From the NCBI GenBank assembly GCA_032128875.1, contig JAVLKG010000001.1, positions 857,353 through 921,352 on the forward strand: a stretch of DNA of 64,000 nucleotides, in the 5' to 3' direction. The translations under genes and the position numbers were made by a program. Origin of the DNA: Candidatus Melainabacteria bacterium 17Bon1m (GTDB lineage Bacteria > Cyanobacteriota > Vampirovibrionia > Obscuribacterales > Obscuribacteraceae). Positions 9,819-18,605 of this stretch are shown in pieces. Position 1 is the stretch's first letter, and each line of letters opens with the position of its first letter. The notes under the pieces were generated by a model that was given only the letters and a program-made list of their open reading frames with translations, ran no database searches and was not told the DNA's origin.

Positions 9819-11891
9819 TTACGGTGTTGCTGTGCTCTTCTCTGGGTTTGGCTGATGGCTCAGGATGATTCGATTGCGCCCTTGCTTTTTCGCTTCATAT
9901 AGACGCGCGTCAGCAGTCTGAATCAATTCGTAAATCGACTCTCCATCCTCAGGGTAGCTTGCCATCCCGCCCGAGAAGCTGCATTTGAATTCTTGACCAT
10001 CGTCGCCGTTGAAAACCATCTCTCGAAACTCTGCAAGCACTCTATTAATAGCAGCGTGCATGGTTTCTTTTGATTCGCGTCTGAATCCGAGTATGAATTC
10101 TTCTCCACCCCAACGACCGCGTAAATCTTCTACTCGAAAACGCCGTGCCAGAAGCTGACCCAAACCCGCAAGAACTTTGTCGCCAGCCAGGTGACCGTAG
10201 GTGTCGTTGACATTTTTGAACTTGTCCACATCGAGCAAGCATATCGTAAAAACTGATTTATTACGTTGCCCGTCCGCGAGCAATTGAGCGAGCTGCTCTG
10301 AGAATGCTCTTCTCAAGAGCAATCCCGTGATGGTGTCTTTGTCTGATCTGTCTTTCAGCATGCGCGCGCGATCGAGTCTGACCTTGACGCGAGTAAGCAG
10401 CTCTTCGTTGACGACCGGCTTGGGAAGGTAATCATCGCCGCCAGAGCGGAATGCTTCCAATCTGTTTTCCACACCGGTTTGTCCAGTGAGAAAGACAATC
10501 GGCAGATCTTGCCAGCGCGGAATCTGGCGCAGCATGCGGCAAACCTCGAAGCCTGTTATACCAGGCATCATGACGTCGAGCAGAAGCAATTCCGGCGGGA
10601 AGTCTTGCATCACTTCCAAAATTTTGTTCGGGTCTGTGAGAATGCGCACTACTACGCCCTCATTGCGAAGAATGAGCGCGATGGTGTTGGCAAAAAACTC
10701 GTCGTCATCGACGAGCAAAATGCGCGGTCTTCCGCCAGTACGAATTGCCACCAGGTGCTCGACCGCTTTCTCCAAAGAATCCGATTCTAGCGGTTTATCT
10801 AAATAAAGCGACGCACCTGCGTGTGCTGCTTCAACACGATCTTTGACGAGCGCGTTGCCGGAAATAAACGCTAACGGGAGGGTCTCATATCCTGGCAAAT
10901 TTCTGAGTTCTCGTGCCAGTTTGAACGACTCATCAGGCACTTCAGCATGCACATTTATGAGCGCGGCGTCCAATGGCAGAATACAAGCGCGATCTAGTGC
11001 TTCTCTGAAAGTTTTGGCACGAACAATCTCCACGAGCCTTTGTTTGCCCAGTTCTTCGACAATATCCAAAAATCCGTCGTCCGAATCGACGACAAGAATT
11101 CTGGCCATCGATGCCGGAGCTTCCTCGCTCTGTCCTTCCTCTTCTTTTGCATTGACTACGGAAGCGACATCCTGAGCCTCTTTCTCTCCGAGAATTTTGG
11201 CGTCAGCCAATTTGCGATCTACATCAGCCCAGATGGACATTTGCTCGGCGGCTGGCTTTTCATGCATGGTGGCAGCAGCGTGCTCGATGAAGAGCATACA
11301 TTCGCTTACTTGCCTGAAGCCCAAAGAGCCGCCTGTGCCCTTGATTTTGTGTGCTTGCGAACGAACTTCCGCCAGAAGAGAAGCATCTTCCGGGTCTTCT
11401 TTTGACTTGTTGATTGCAACTGCCAGGTCTTCCAGTTTTGAGGGCAACATGCGCGCGTATTTTGAAACGAGCGCTAAGAACATCGTCTCGAAATCTTTGA
11501 GCTTACTGGACTGTGGGTCTTCGGGGCTGAGCTTGCCTTCTAATTGAGCGCCGAAAACGAAAGGAATCACGGGTTTATTAACCGCAAGCACGACACCCAG
11601 TTCGCGTTCCAGACGTTCGCGATTGGCGTGCAATTCTGGCTGTGACGAAGCGATGAAAGTAACCGGAATCTTGTTGCCGGTTGCTCTCAAAGCTGTGAGC
11701 CAATCGAAGCAATTGTCGTCAGGCAACGGTGCGCCTAGGAGCACCATATCCAGATTCTCTTTCTGGATGACGCCTTTGCCTTCTTTGCCGCTATCGACCT
11801 GAATAACCTTATGACCACGCCCTTCAAGCACAGGCACAATCAGCTTGCAGAATGATTTATCCTGTTCGACTAGAAGGATGTTTTTTCCCAT
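9819..11891 (-). CDS. Diguanylate cyclase response regulator (REC-Hpt-REC-REC-GGDEF)
   Basis: Hpt AHKIKGTGGSLG; third REC has LLDVMMP; DVDKFKNVNDTYGHLAGD, RxxD I-site (RVED) and GGEEF. Confidence 0.92.
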   Translation of the reverse strand: MGKNILLVEQDKSFCKLIVPVLEGRGHKVIQVDSGKEGKGVIQKENLDMVLLGAPLPDDNCFDWLTALRATGNKIPVTFIASSQPELHANRERLERELGVVLAVNKPVIPFVFGAQLEGKLSPEDPQSSKLKDFETMFLALVSKYARMLPSKLEDLAVAINKSKEDPEDASLLAEVRSQAHKIKGTGGSLGFRQVSECMLFIEHAAATMHEKPAAEQMSIWADVDRKLADAKILGEKEAQDVASVVNAKEEEGQSEEAPASMARILVVDSDDGFLDIVEELGKQRLVEIVRAKTFREALDRACILPLDAALINVHAEVPDESFKLARELRNLPGYETLPLAFISGNALVKDRVEAAHAGASLYLDKPLESDSLEKAVEHLVAIRTGGRPRILLVDDDEFFANTIALILRNEGVVVRILTDPNKILEVMQDFPPELLLLDVMMPGITGFEVCRMLRQIPRWQDLPIVFLTGQTGVENRLEAFRSGGDDYLPKPVVNEELLTRVKVRLDRARMLKDRSDKDTITGLLLRRAFSEQLAQLLADGQRNKSVFTICLLDVDKFKNVNDTYGHLAGDKVLAGLGQLLARRFRVEDLRGRWGGEEFILGFRRESKETMHAAINRVLAEFREMVFNGDDGQEFKCSFSGGMASYPEDGESIYELIQTADARLYEAKKQGRNRIILSHQPNPEKSTATP

Positions 11892-12006
11892 GAATACCGG
11901 GCCCTTGCGCGCTTCCCTGTCTCAAAGTATACCCAGCTTGGCTCTATCCTCTACGAAACGTCGAATAAGCGGGCAAAAAGACAAGTTTATTAACCGGCGA
12001 AAGGCT

Positions 12007-12972
12007 CTATCCAACCTGGCTAATGCTGATTGTTAACTGGTTTCGAGCCGGCACACCGCGCACCTGCACTTTGACAGGCTGATAAAATCCCCACGGCTCT
12101 CCAGCGTATCCGACAGGAGCGACGACCGTAATTTCGGTGGGTGAAACGCTCACGATTTGGCATTGCAGCGGACCAACATAGACAGAAATGTCTGACTGAT
12201 TGGGTGAAAAACCTTCGCCGTAGATTGTGAATTGACTGCCTGGCGGCACCCAGCTGGCGCTCAGGCTGCTGAGATAGGGATAGCTAGCGACGGTCGCTGC
12301 CAGTGTCCCGGCTTCCATACCGCCCACTGATACGCTCACCTTTGAGCTGCTGCTATCGGCGTAGTCGGGTACTTGCACGATCAATTTGTCCGACGACGCT
12401 GACAGGCAGCGTGCTCGGTGGCTGCCGAACATGACGACGTTTGCATCCGGGTCGCTGGAGAAATTGCTGCCTAGAATGGTGACTGAATGACCTGGGCTGA
12501 CCTGGGTCGGATTGAGGCTGGTGACGGTCGGCTGATTCGTAGTCAGCTTCCAGCTGAATGTAGAACCTCGTTGACCTCCTGCTGTGATCAACATTTGATT
12601 GCCACCCCAAGTCAGCTCACCTGTGACATCCACACTCAAGCTGCGCTTTCCACCGAATTCATTTTCAGATACGAAGTGCATTGTTGGTGATGCGATGCGC
12701 AACCATTTGAATCCTGGCGCGCTGGCAGAGCCGTTGTAGTACGTCAATGTCAGCTGAAGTTTTTCTTGTCCCTTTTGCAGGTTGATTGTTTCTGTCATGC
12801 GCTGAATCTGATTGTTTGGTGCAACCATCGGCTGCGACTGCGCAAGCACAACTTCATCTGCACGTGCGGCACTTGGGAAAAGTGTGGATGCAGCGAATAA
12901 CACCACTACGGGAAGCGCTTTCATAGCAAGATTTCGATACAAAGAAAACTTTGAGCACGTCGATAACTTCAA
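12007..12972 (-). CDS. Exported IPT/TIG-domain protein
   Basis: Signal peptide (..AARA), two P.VTSL.P....G..VTI.G.NF type IPT repeats. Confidence 0.8.
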   Translation of the reverse strand: MKLSTCSKFSLYRNLAMKALPVVVLFAASTLFPSAARADEVVLAQSQPMVAPNNQIQRMTETINLQKGQEKLQLTLTYYNGSASAPGFKWLRIASPTMHFVSENEFGGKRSLSVDVTGELTWGGNQMLITAGGQRGSTFSWKLTTNQPTVTSLNPTQVSPGHSVTILGSNFSSDPDANVVMFGSHRARCLSASSDKLIVQVPDYADSSSSKVSVSVGGMEAGTLAATVASYPYLSSLSASWVPPGSQFTIYGEGFSPNQSDISVYVGPLQCQIVSVSPTEITVVAPVGYAGEPWGFYQPVKVQVRGVPARNQLTISISQVG

Positions 12973-12991
12973 AATTTCAACCCCATTTGAT

Positions 12992-13705
12992 TCACTCTTT
13001 TAGCCTTTTCCAATTTGATTTTGCAGCTCTTTGAAAATTGCGTACATCGGCTTTTGATAAGCCGCTTATCTCTTCGCCAAATTCATCGTTGCTTGCTTTT
13101 TCCACTGCGAAATAATGGTAAAGCAAGTAGCGAATCATCGACTGTGCTTCCGGTGGAACGGTCAAATCCAGCTGCGCACGCTTGAGTTCTGCCTCATCGA
13201 TAAAACCATTTTTGTTAACGTCCAGTTTGTCGAAGTGCGCAAGGAATAATTCTTCTGCATTGGCAGGACCAAGTATGTCGGTAATATTGCGCAGAAGCTC
13301 CAGTGCTCGTCTTTCTGCTTCGGGATGATTGCCGGCACAGCCCACGGTCTCTGCTTCTATAGCAAGGGCTTGTTCTATTATTTCTTTTGCTTCGGGCAAT
13401 GCATTGTGTCGAGCGTAAAATCCTGCCAGCTGTGTGCGCGTGAGAAATGGCAGCGCCAGCAATTCTCTGTAGGCTGAAAGCAGCTCGGGCAGTGCGTCTT
13501 CCGGTAGATGCTTGTTGGCAGGAGAAACACCATTGCGCGATCGATCCAATGCAGTGTTGAAGTCACGCATGTATTCCGCACGAGGCAAGCTGTCGGCGGC
13601 TTGAACAGCGCGTCTGTACTCGGCTTCCGCTTCTTGAAGATCTTTTTTCAATTCCAATTGTTTTGCCTTGTTGGAATGAATATATGGATTTGGCACATCG
13701 TCCAC
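12992..13705 (-). CDS. EF-hand-containing hypothetical protein
   Basis: Canonical EF loop FDKLDVNKNGFIDEAEL; TPR-like helices upstream. Confidence 0.7.
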   Translation of the reverse strand: MDDVPNPYIHSNKAKQLELKKDLQEAEAEYRRAVQAADSLPRAEYMRDFNTALDRSRNGVSPANKHLPEDALPELLSAYRELLALPFLTRTQLAGFYARHNALPEAKEIIEQALAIEAETVGCAGNHPEAERRALELLRNITDILGPANAEELFLAHFDKLDVNKNGFIDEAELKRAQLDLTVPPEAQSMIRYLLYHYFAVEKASNDEFGEEISGLSKADVRNFQRAAKSNWKRLKE

Positions 13706-13765
13706 GCAGCCGGTCCCTCTCGATCAACCTGTAATTGACTTCGCCGGTGATTCCAGTTTTGTGGC

Positions 13766-15244
13766 TCAGCGTTTGCGCGGATTGGGCCAATTCAACTCTG
13801 TGCAAGCATCGTCGAAGCTGGTCCTCATACGACTGCAATACTGCAGTGCAATAGAAATCTGTTCTATCTTCATAACGCCATCGCGAAGCATGGGCACGCA
13901 GATGACGGCTGCTTCAAAGGTTTTATCATCGAGTTTGTTGGCAGCGCCCAAAATTTTGGAAATGTCACCGCCATGTTTTTTGCGAACTTCGTTGGCTGTT
14001 TGAATGTCATTGTCCGTCAAAACACCAGAGCGCACTAGCAAGTCGAGTGCGTCTTTGACAGACACCATCGCCTGCCCGGAAGCGCCACCACCCTGTGGTG
14101 CCCCCCCGCCTCCTGCTGAAGAGCCGGGGGCGCCGTCTGCTAGTTCTTGCATCGCTACTGTAATGAACTGCTCGATTGTTTTTCCTTTGTTGTGATAACG
14201 GGCCAGTACACGCGCAGCATCGCGCGCTGTCAGCTGTTTTTCCTCAACCAGGTCTTGCATTCTTATTGCCGCGTCGAGAGATTGGCTGTTGAGCAATCCT
14301 GATTCAAGAAGAAGATTATTGAGCGTGACATCCGTGCGTTTTGAAATCAATCCCATATCGATGGGCATTGGACCTGGTCCGCTGGAAGGTGCCGGAGGCG
14401 GCGCCGGTGCTGGATAGACCGGTTGGGGCGGTGGATAACCTGGTTGCGGAGGCGGATATCCAGGCTGCATTTGCGGATAGCCCGGCGGTTGCATTTGTGG
14501 TGCCGGATAGCCTGGCTGCGGCGGCGGATAGCCTGGTTGGGGCGGTGGATAACCTGGCGCCGGCGGCATGCCCGGGTACTGTCCTGCAGGCGGCATACCT
14601 GGTTGCATGGGATATCCCGGCTGTGGCGGGTACCCTGGTTGTGGAGGCATTGGTGGCATGGGCGGTGCCATCTGCGGCATTGGTTGTGGCACCGGAGGTG
14701 GTGGCGGTGGAGGAGGAGGCTCAGGTCTTGGCAGTGGATCCGGATATACCGAAGACTGCGCCGGCATGCCACTGTGAGTGCTTCTAGAAAGACTGTCGGA
14801 AACGCGTTGTTTCCAAATGTCGTCCGGTTTTTTTACTTCCTCTTGGGCTTGAGCGGCAAGTGCTTCGGGGCTCGGTCTCAATTCTTCCGGAATAAATCCG
14901 CTTGATGCTGGTGCCGCGCTGCCTTGACTCGTAGACATGATGATCATCTCGAGTACGAAATCGAGATCAGATGGAGGAAATCCTTGGCTAAACAACATTG
15001 CATTGTCGCCGCCGGCTTCGTCATAAAGTGTCCAGACCGGAAAATCGCCACCCTTTTCCCACAAAACCATAAGTAAGAAATTTCGGCCGCCACCTGACCA
15101 CGGTAATTCGATCGTGGTTCCGCGCCTGCGCTCGCACTCGTCAAACATCGTGCGAACCAATTTCATATTCGGCTGCTGCGGTTCGTGCGGCAGCCTCATG
15201 TTTTTCGGCGGCTCTTCCTTCTGCTGTGGTTTAGGCTTAAACAT
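13766..15244 (-). CDS. Conserved N-domain + PGY/Q low-complexity linker + MshEN-like C-terminal repeats
   Basis: Paralogous to 38861..40582 (TIELPW..PVWTLY; KKHGGD; IALQYCSRMRTSFDDA); LLESGLL...LDAAIRMQ. Confidence 0.7.
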   Translation of the reverse strand: MFKPKPQQKEEPPKNMRLPHEPQQPNMKLVRTMFDECERRRGTTIELPWSGGGRNFLLMVLWEKGGDFPVWTLYDEAGGDNAMLFSQGFPPSDLDFVLEMIIMSTSQGSAAPASSGFIPEELRPSPEALAAQAQEEVKKPDDIWKQRVSDSLSRSTHSGMPAQSSVYPDPLPRPEPPPPPPPPPVPQPMPQMAPPMPPMPPQPGYPPQPGYPMQPGMPPAGQYPGMPPAPGYPPPQPGYPPPQPGYPAPQMQPPGYPQMQPGYPPPQPGYPPPQPVYPAPAPPPAPSSGPGPMPIDMGLISKRTDVTLNNLLLESGLLNSQSLDAAIRMQDLVEEKQLTARDAARVLARYHNKGKTIEQFITVAMQELADGAPGSSAGGGGAPQGGGASGQAMVSVKDALDLLVRSGVLTDNDIQTANEVRKKHGGDISKILGAANKLDDKTFEAAVICVPMLRDGVMKIEQISIALQYCSRMRTSFDDACTELNWPNPRKR

Positions 15245-15532
15245 CGGAAATTTCCAAGAACCAGTTACTTATTTTAAGTACCCCTATATGGAGACTTAGT
15301 CTCAAAATAATCGCACACAGGCAGATTAATTGGTTGAGATTCCATCACCCTCTTGGGTGGCTGCGCACCATTTCGAGCGCCTCCAGGGCGCGCTTTTAGG
15401 TTTTCCTGCTGGACGTATAAACGTCACCGGCGCTCATTTTAGCTGTGTTGCGTTGGAATTTTTGGGCGATGTAACCTTTCGAACGCATCTGAGTCCTTTA
15501 TCGGACATCTGCGAGTACATCAAATCGGCTTA

Positions 15533-16891
15533 TCAAGGGGCTTCGAAATGTCGGGGCAATCCACTCCAGCAATCGATGTAATCGCTTTGCAAAATTCCGC
15601 CGGTCATTGCGAATTCTGTTGGTCGGTAAACCAGCGAGCTTTCAAACATGAAGGCCAGGGTGTTTTCCATTTTTTGAGGCTTCAATTCTACATTTGAAGC
15701 TTTCTCGAAAGTTGCGGCATCTGGTCCATGTGCCGACATTTGATTGTGAAGGCTGCCGCCACCCGCGACGAAGCCTTCTTCTTTCGCGTCGTAAACGCCA
15801 TAAATAAGGCCCATGTATTCGCTCATGCAGTTGCGATGGTAGTAGGGCGGGCGGAATGTTTTTTCTGCAACCATCCAGCGTGGAGGAAAGATGACGAAAT
15901 CTACATTGGCCGTGCCGGGGATTTCGGAAGGCGAGGTCAATACAGTGAATATGGACGGGTCGCTGTGGTCGAAAGTGACCGTGTTGACCGCGTTAAAGGT
16001 CGCCAGGTCGTACTTGTATGGGTAATAGTTGCCGTGCCATGCAACAACATCCAATGGAGAATGCTCCATCTCTGCAGTAAACAACTTTCCTTGATATTTG
16101 GCGATCAAAGTGAGTGGCCGCTCTATGTCTTCATATGCGGCATGAGGAGCAAGAAAGTCTCTGGGATTAGCCAAGCCGTTTGCACCGATCGGTCCGAGAT
16201 CCGGCAGTTTTAGCGCCGGACCGTAATTCTCTAGAATGTAACCATCTGCGGTACCATCCGGAAGGTCGACTTTGAATTTCACGCCTCGCGGAATGACTGC
16301 AATCTCTCCAGGGGCGAGTCCGATGGTACCAAATTCGGTGCCAAGCATGAGTCGTCCGCCGCGCGGGACGATCAACAATTCCCCGTCCGCATTGTAGAAA
16401 AACGAATCAGTCATCGACTGATTCGCAGAATACAAGTGCACTGCGGAGCCTCGCACACTCGCTGAATCGCCATTACCGGCAATGGTAATTATGCCCTGGA
16501 CGAAATTCTTCTTTTCTTTGAGAGCCGGCAGTGGATTCCAGCGTAACTGCTCAGGGCTTATCCATTTGTCGCAATCGAAAGGGCGGGTTTCTATCAAACC
16601 TTTATCGAGAGGTTTGAACTTTGAATGCAGAACAGAAGGACGAATCTTGTACAACCAGCTGCGCTGATTCTCATGCCTGGGAGCGGTAAAGGCAGAACCG
16701 CTCAGTTGCTCTGCGTAAAGACCAAGCGGCGCCTTTTGCGGCGAGTTTTGCCCTACAGGAAGGGCACCGGTTTCAGCCTCCGAACTGTGGTGATTTGCAA
16801 AACCGCTTAGATATTGCAAGCCATGTTTTTTGTCGTGCATCACCGAATTCTCAGTTTCTTTTGTGCGGGCAGCCTTTCCTGTAGCGGACAA
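15533..16891 (-). CDS. hmgA: Homogentisate 1,2-dioxygenase
   Basis: [69 protein letters not shown] start preceded by GGAG. Confidence 0.97.
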   Translation of the reverse strand: MSATGKAARTKETENSVMHDKKHGLQYLSGFANHHSSEAETGALPVGQNSPQKAPLGLYAEQLSGSAFTAPRHENQRSWLYKIRPSVLHSKFKPLDKGLIETRPFDCDKWISPEQLRWNPLPALKEKKNFVQGIITIAGNGDSASVRGSAVHLYSANQSMTDSFFYNADGELLIVPRGGRLMLGTEFGTIGLAPGEIAVIPRGVKFKVDLPDGTADGYILENYGPALKLPDLGPIGANGLANPRDFLAPHAAYEDIERPLTLIAKYQGKLFTAEMEHSPLDVVAWHGNYYPYKYDLATFNAVNTVTFDHSDPSIFTVLTSPSEIPGTANVDFVIFPPRWMVAEKTFRPPYYHRNCMSEYMGLIYGVYDAKEEGFVAGGGSLHNQMSAHGPDAATFEKASNVELKPQKMENTLAFMFESSLVYRPTEFAMTGGILQSDYIDCWSGLPRHFEAP

Positions 16892-16931
16892 AGTCTTTCT
16901 CCAAATGTGTCGTGCTGTTCCGAATGCTTAA

Positions 16932-17291
16932 CTACTTTGCAAAGATTGCGCGTGCTTTGGCGTCCATCTTATCTGCTTCCGGTCCGCGTCCAGCGGCACG
17001 TAGCATTTTTGCATAATTGTCGTAAATCGGTATCAATTCCTGACACGAAGGTCCTTTTACTCGAATCAAAAATTCAACCGCTTCTTTGTACATCGGCTCT
17101 GCATCAGCATATTTGCCTTGCTGACGGTAGGCATTGGCAAGTGCTGATTTGCTTTGAGCGATTTTTGGCTCGTTTGGGCTCATTGCTTCAGCTTCTTTGA
17201 TAGCCAGTTTGAACTGTGTTTCGGCGTCCAAAGGTTTTCCTGCCGACAACGCTTGCTGTCCGGCGATGTTGTAGCGCTCCCAAGTCGACAT
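16932..17291 (-). CDS. Small TPR protein
   Basis: LANAYRQQGKYADAEPMYKEA (kinesin-light-chain-type TPR); GGAGG RBS. Confidence 0.85.
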   Translation of the reverse strand: MSTWERYNIAGQQALSAGKPLDAETQFKLAIKEAEAMSPNEPKIAQSKSALANAYRQQGKYADAEPMYKEAVEFLIRVKGPSCQELIPIYDNYAKMLRAAGRGPEADKMDAKARAIFAK

Positions 17292-17568
17292 AACAGTCCT
17301 CCTGAATGGCGGGCAGAATTTCGTTAGAAATTACTCTCTTCGCCCGATTAAGGCAAGCGCTAAAGCCAAATAAGTTGCGCCGACTTGCGTCCTTAATTCA
17401 TGACATGTTCTGCGAAATACCACTTGATTATTAAGACTGCGGATGTCTTCACTAACATTTGTTTGTCATAGAGTCGTTTTCTTTAGAGATTCGCTAGACT
17501 TTTGTTGAATTTAGTCGCGGAGACGGAGGTTCTTTCACTGAATTCTCAAAATCCTCGATGATTTAACC

Positions 17569-17631
17569 AAGTTTCCGAAGTTTCCCAATTCTTCAGAGTT
17601 TCCAAAGTTATCCAAGTTTTCCAAGTTTCAT
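17569..17631. repeat. Degenerate 9-bp tandem repeat (AAGTTTCCN x7)
   Basis: aagtttccg aagtttccc aattcttca gagtttcca aagttatcc aagttttcc aagtttcat. Confidence 0.75.
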
Positions 17632-17643
17632 AGGACAGGCAAA

Positions 17644-18567
17644 GTGAACGCAAAGCAAAGACGGGCTCTCCTGATCGGCATTGTTGGCTTCATTGCCATC
17701 GGCGGTTTTCCCCCGTGGAAAGACACGAGTCCGGCGCCGGCGGGCACGCCGCTGCCGTTTGCGCCGATCTCCATGCCACCTGTTGTGGAGGGACACTCCA
17801 TTGAGATTGATGTCACTCGACTCGCAATCATGTGGATTCTCATGGTCGTAGTCACAGCCGCTTCGATTTGGCTTGGCAAAGACTCTGAAGGCGCTTCGAA
17901 AGGTGGCGCCGGAACCATCACCTATGAGCCGATTAAAATGCCCAAGCCGTCGGCCGCCAAGTCTTCGGGCGCGCAAATACTGGAAACACTCACTATTGAC
18001 GCAAAAGCGTCGAGCAGCAAGTCTAGTCAGGCAAGTGGTCTCAAACTGAAATTCCCGGACGTCAAAGTCGGTGAGTTGCTGACAGAAAGTGAAGACGACC
18101 CTGAATACTGGACACTCATCAGCGACGCGAAAGGGCGGCTTGAAGTGCCACAGGGTAAGCGCTTTCAGTTAGAACTTTCCAAAGACAAGGAAATTTCGCT
18201 GGATTTCTTGTCTAGCATGGGCAACAAAGACGCCCGCTCTGCCATCGTCTCTCTGGATCTTAGCGAAGCCGAGCTCAACAAGGACACGCTCAGCTACCTG
18301 AAGTATCTGCCGGCTCTTGAAGAGCTTGATCTTTCCGGCACGGAAATTACAGATGAAGACCTCGACGAAATTTCAAAGCTTTCCCAACTGAAAAAGCTTT
18401 GGCTGGACGATACCAATACGTCAAAGGCTGCGGCAGAGAAGCTTTCCGGCTTGAGCAATCTGAAAAAATTGTCCCTCAGTCATCTAGACGGCAATGAGGT
18501 CGAAATTAATTCACTCAAGTTGCGTATCCCATCCTGTGAAGTTGTTGTTAGAGAGGGCAATACTTAA
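17644..18567 (+). CDS. Membrane-anchored leucine-rich-repeat protein
   Basis: Two N-terminal hydrophobic segments; LEELDLSGTEITD, LKKLWLDDT, LKKLSLSHL LRRs. Confidence 0.85.
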   Translation: MNAKQRRALLIGIVGFIAIGGFPPWKDTSPAPAGTPLPFAPISMPPVVEGHSIEIDVTRLAIMWILMVVVTAASIWLGKDSEGASKGGAGTITYEPIKMPKPSAAKSSGAQILETLTIDAKASSSKSSQASGLKLKFPDVKVGELLTESEDDPEYWTLISDAKGRLEVPQGKRFQLELSKDKEISLDFLSSMGNKDARSAIVSLDLSEAELNKDTLSYLKYLPALEELDLSGTEITDEDLDEISKLSQLKKLWLDDTNTSKAAAEKLSGLSNLKKLSLSHLDGNEVEINSLKLRIPSCEVVVREGNT

Positions 18568-18605
18568 TAGACAGAGTGTTGTTGTGATTTTCATAGGGCA
18601 ATAGT

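Noticed and set aside
15245-15532. Short ORFs and small hairpins between hmgA and the PGY gene
   Set aside because: No convincing RBS, motif or coherent fold; cannot support a gene or ncRNA
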